From NCBI GenBank assembly GCA_964106645.2, contig OZ067041.1: a stretch of 64,000 bases of DNA; one strand, given 5' to 3'. Of the stretch, positions 60,501 through 64,000 are shown in pieces. The translations under genes and the position numbers were made by a program. This DNA is from Podarcis pityusensis (Eukaryota). The first letter of the stretch is position 1. Every line of letters begins with the position of its first letter. A model generated the notes under the pieces. The model did no database searches. It was not told the DNA's origin and worked only from the letters and a program-made list of their open reading frames with translations.

Positions 60501-63164
60501 GTCTGAGGTGGGTGAAATATGAAAAAAATATGGTGAAAATGATATTGAATTTCCCTATGCCTTTGGATTCATTAGCAGAAAATGTCAGCAGGATACCCTT
60601 TAATTTTTGCTACTCATGGCATCACCCATAAAATAATCCTTTTTGTACATGGGCTAAATCTTTTTCTGTTCTACCAAGCTCCCTGCTACAGCCAGTTTCT
60701 TGGTAATTACATGAGTGCAGACAAGCTGGAGACAGGTGGATTTAAGGCCAGCTGCACGATTTGTTTTGCACAGCACTGGAGCGAGGGAGAAAAGCTTGTT
60801 TTTAAAAAAACCCAGTGAGGGAAACAGCTGTCTTCTCTGAGCCTCCCAGTTGCTGCCTTAGTTGGTACTGGCGTAGGGCAGAGCATGAACTAGTGCCAGA
60901 TACATAGTGTGAGTGGGAATTAGCTGATTGTAGTTCTGATATTTTCTTGGCTGCCTGTTAACTGATTTTGTTTGGGACTGGGAGGGCCATTTCTATTCTT
61001 AGGGAACTGTTTGCATCAAGGGTACAATCTCCTTTTTTGGATAACCCTCCAAATAGATATTCTGTCATGTCACTGCCTTGGCTGCTTGATTTGTGCGGAG
61101 GAAGATAGAAGCTTTCCTGCATGGAAATGAAGCATTTGGGGGATGCCTATGAAGTTTAAGTGTTAGACGAATTTGGTTTTAAACTGGATAGTATTCTACA
61201 CAAGAGATTTTTATCAGTTAATAAAAAATGGTCTTAACACAATGCCTGTAAGTACTACTTGCCATAGCTTAAAGTGTGTGTATGTGTTCCTTCATGTGTG
61301 GAGAAAAAGTACAGTGTTACATTTCACAATATAAACATACTTCTCTAACAGCACATCTGTAAAGGATAAATGAGGAATCAAATATATGCATTATTATTCA
61401 CAAAAGTTAAGATACACCTTTAGCTGCTTCCATGCCTGTAAGATGTGGGAGACCGGCCAAAATTGCACCTGGATACTGCCACTTTATAGCACCACCATAT
61501 AATATAGATATTTAATGAAACCAGTCTTGATTTGGAGATTGCCACACCGGAGCCCCGACTCAGGACTAGGAAATGTTTCTGTGTGGATTGCATTTTGAAA
61601 GTTGCAAAACAATTTGTGCTGAGTTTATGTGATTGCCAGGTGGCTAGCTGTTTTGTGTCAAACAAGATGGCTGGCTGTTAACATAATGCTTATGTGCACT
61701 CTTGGGAAGCTCTCAACATAGCTTAATGTAAATACAGTAAATTTTCTCATGCCAAGCTGCACACCATAAAAATGATGGAACAGCTTTGTCCTTTAGTTTG
61801 ACAGATGCGAGACATGCTTTAATTTTCCGGCTTAAATAATTGAGAAGGTATATACTATTGTGCAGTATTTATACACAGTTCAATCTTTTATTATTACTGT
61901 TTTCGTTAGTATAATTTAAATCCGGTTCTTAATTGTATTCAGTCTTTCCTTCATTGGATTCTAACTGGCATCCATCTACTGTCACAAGACAATGGGCTTT
62001 TACCCGACCAACAACCACCAGTAAAATTGCAATGTGCACAGTTTTTCTGAAGCATAAAAATGTTCAAGTGATGTTTCATCACAGATAGCTTGTGGATTTT
62101 GAGTGGCAATCAATGTCTTTCTTCTTGTGTGCCTGCTTTTTCTATAGTTTCAGTCTGATAGCAAGAGCTGGTTCACAAAGGCATGTTCCTCGCTGGATGA
62201 CAGTACATGTGTGAATAAGACATCCTAGATATAACTCCACAGGGAGTGTTTTAATATTTTCACAGGTGCTACTTTTTAAAATGTTCTTCATTGTAAAATG
62301 GGGGATAAGCAGTTGTTTCTGAACTGTAATAGCTGGGGTGGAAATGTATTGGACAGTAACTCCTCATATATTGTCTAGTCACCGATAAAATGAGGGTTTG
62401 ATTATTGTATAAAAAGGCATTGCCGTGAGAAAGTGAAAATGATCTGCTTCATCACTTCAATAAACTGTCCATAGGGAAATGCATTTATCCCACTTGTAGG
62501 GAAACCTTACTTCCATTTGTTCATTGAACTAGAATGTTGAAATAATGATTGTTTTCCTGATTATGTAAATGTACAACAAAAACAAAAACCCATCACTTCC
62601 TTAATTTTTGGTAAATATCCATGGACTCATAAGATGACATGGATAAGAAAAAAAGCGGGTGGGGACTATCAAACCAGCTCACCTGAATCTAAAACCAACA
62701 CACCATCTGGCAGACAGAATTCCTCCCATAGGACCCAATATAACTTCAGCAAATGCACTTTATTGTATTTAGGGGATAGTTGTGGAAAGGGAAACATTTT
62801 AAGTTGTCAGTTCTTTCATAAATGTCTTGTACGTGCTTAGGCCTGCAGCTTTAGCTTTAAGGTCCAAGGACAGAACATGTGCATGCTTCTGTAAAAATTG
62901 TTTCAATTTCTAGGTAAGGAGATCTACTCAAAGCCACATTATTGCATTTCTGTCAATTAGCACTGAGGTGGAACACAAGATAAACATTGACTATTTTAAA
63001 ATGCATAAACAGAGGGGGAAAGAAAGTGAAAGGGGGAAGCATGATTTTAGGTCTACTACAGGGTAAATATCTGTCCTTATATTTCTTCTCTGTAATAGTA
63101 TGGAACCTTCTTATTAAACAAGGATAACAATGAAAACTGAATAGAAAACTATTTGCATCAGCCA

Positions 63165-63321
63165 ATCTTGTGGCGCAATGGGTCAGCGCATCTGGCTGTT
63201 AACCAGAAGGTTATTGGTTCAAGCCCACCCAGGGACAGCTGTGGGCAGGCTTCCTGCATTTCAGGGACTTGGACTAGATGACCCTTTAGATTTCCTCCAA
63301 TTCTAGAATCCTATGGTTCTA
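63165..63321 (+). mobile_element. SINE: tRNA-Asn(GTT)-derived head fused to a CR1 3' tail
   Basis: 63165-63236 TGTGGCGCAATGGGTCAGCGCATCTGGCTGTTAACCAGAAGGTTATTGGTTCAAGCCCACCCAGGGAC is collinear with vertebrate tRNA-Asn (anticodon GTT at 63198-63200); followed by TTCCTGCATT...TTGGACTAGATGACC...CCAATTCTAGAATCCTATGGTTCTAT. Confidence 0.85.
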
Positions 63322-63412
63322 TCATCTTTCATGTAAACAAGTGGTGCTCTGAATTTGACCCGGTGTATAGAACTGAATAAACTAACATTTAATATGTTTC
63401 TACCACATGCAG

Positions 63413-63652
63413 TGCCGTGGCATTTGCCTAAAAGAAAAAATGGAAGTGTCATGTCCAGATGAAACATCCCTAGTGGATCTTGAAATGTCCAGAAGAGACA
63501 TCTGTTGTGGAATTTCAAAGGCGGTTCAAAGTCTTTCATTACTGACACTTCTCAGGAAGGTCCACAGGGTATCCCACGAGAAGCTAACTATCCCCTTTGC
63601 CTGCTTCAGTTCTTTGAACATGAAAGACACTGCCTGGGTGGTGGAGGTGTAA
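63413..63652 (+). CDS. Candidate terminal exon (79 open codons in phase 0)
   Basis: Branch-like CTAAC at ~63382, acceptor TTTCTACCACATGCAG, open frame to TAA at 63650-63652 with AATAAA directly after. No homology recognised. Confidence 0.2.
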   Translation, partial: CRGICLKEKMEVSCPDETSLVDLEMSRRDICCGISKAVQSLSLLTLLRKVHRVSHEKLTIPFACFSSLNMKDTAWVVEV

Positions 63653-64000
63653 AATAAAATACTGACTGGATTGTTTCTGGTCCAGGGTGTGGGGTGCATA
63701 GCACCCTTGGAACAGGTATGGCAATTGCTCCCAAAAGTAAAAGCTTGGATTTTTCAAATTATTTAAAAACTATAAATTATGCCTGAGACATTATGCTGCT
63801 CTGGGTTACATGTTCAAGCTATAAGAACAGGAAGAATATGTTGTGCTTTGTAACATAGCACTTGGATTCCTAGTATTTTTAGGGGAAGCAGTTTCAATTT
63901 ATATATTTTCCTTAAATGATGGCTTTGTTTAGGATTGACTTTTGTAGTTCCACAGACTTTTCCAAAGGATTGTTTGTTTTATTTGGAAGTCATCCATGTA

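Noticed and set aside
63165-63236. Functional tRNA-Asn gene
   Set aside because: Acceptor and T stems are mismatched, there is no oligo-T terminator, and it is fused directly to a CR1 tail, so it is a SINE head.

Overview
Eukaryotic (vertebrate) genomic DNA, almost certainly from a squamate reptile and probably a lacertid lizard. This is inferred from the repeat repertoire: Sauria SINEs, a Bov-B LINE, Squam3-type SINEs, CR1/L2/RTE/Rex1 LINE ends, a Penelope remnant, and hAT and Tc1/pogo MITEs. The window is AT-rich and mostly intron-like or intergenic. There is no complete protein-coding gene, and almost all listed six-frame ORFs are chance or repeat-derived. A few + strand splice-site-bounded segments (best: 14750-14784 joined to 15011-15196, encoding a tail-anchor-like C-terminus) suggest the 3' part of a large gene with alternative terminal exons; I could not identify the gene. 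Most interesting observations: (1) a perfect 93-bp fold-back Penelope insertion carrying two head-to-head minimal hammerhead ribozymes, inserted in Bov-B with a 12-bp TSD; (2) three divergent copies of an ORF-less element with no TSD I could find (tentatively DIRS/Ngaro-like), sharing a conserved structured core with a compensatory base-pair change; (3) a young Tigger/pogo-type MITE whose body is built from hairpins, including a 10-copy palindromic minisatellite; (4) SINEs with different tRNA heads on the same CR1 tail. Family names come from recalled consensus sequences, not database searches. Boundaries of old repeats are approximate.
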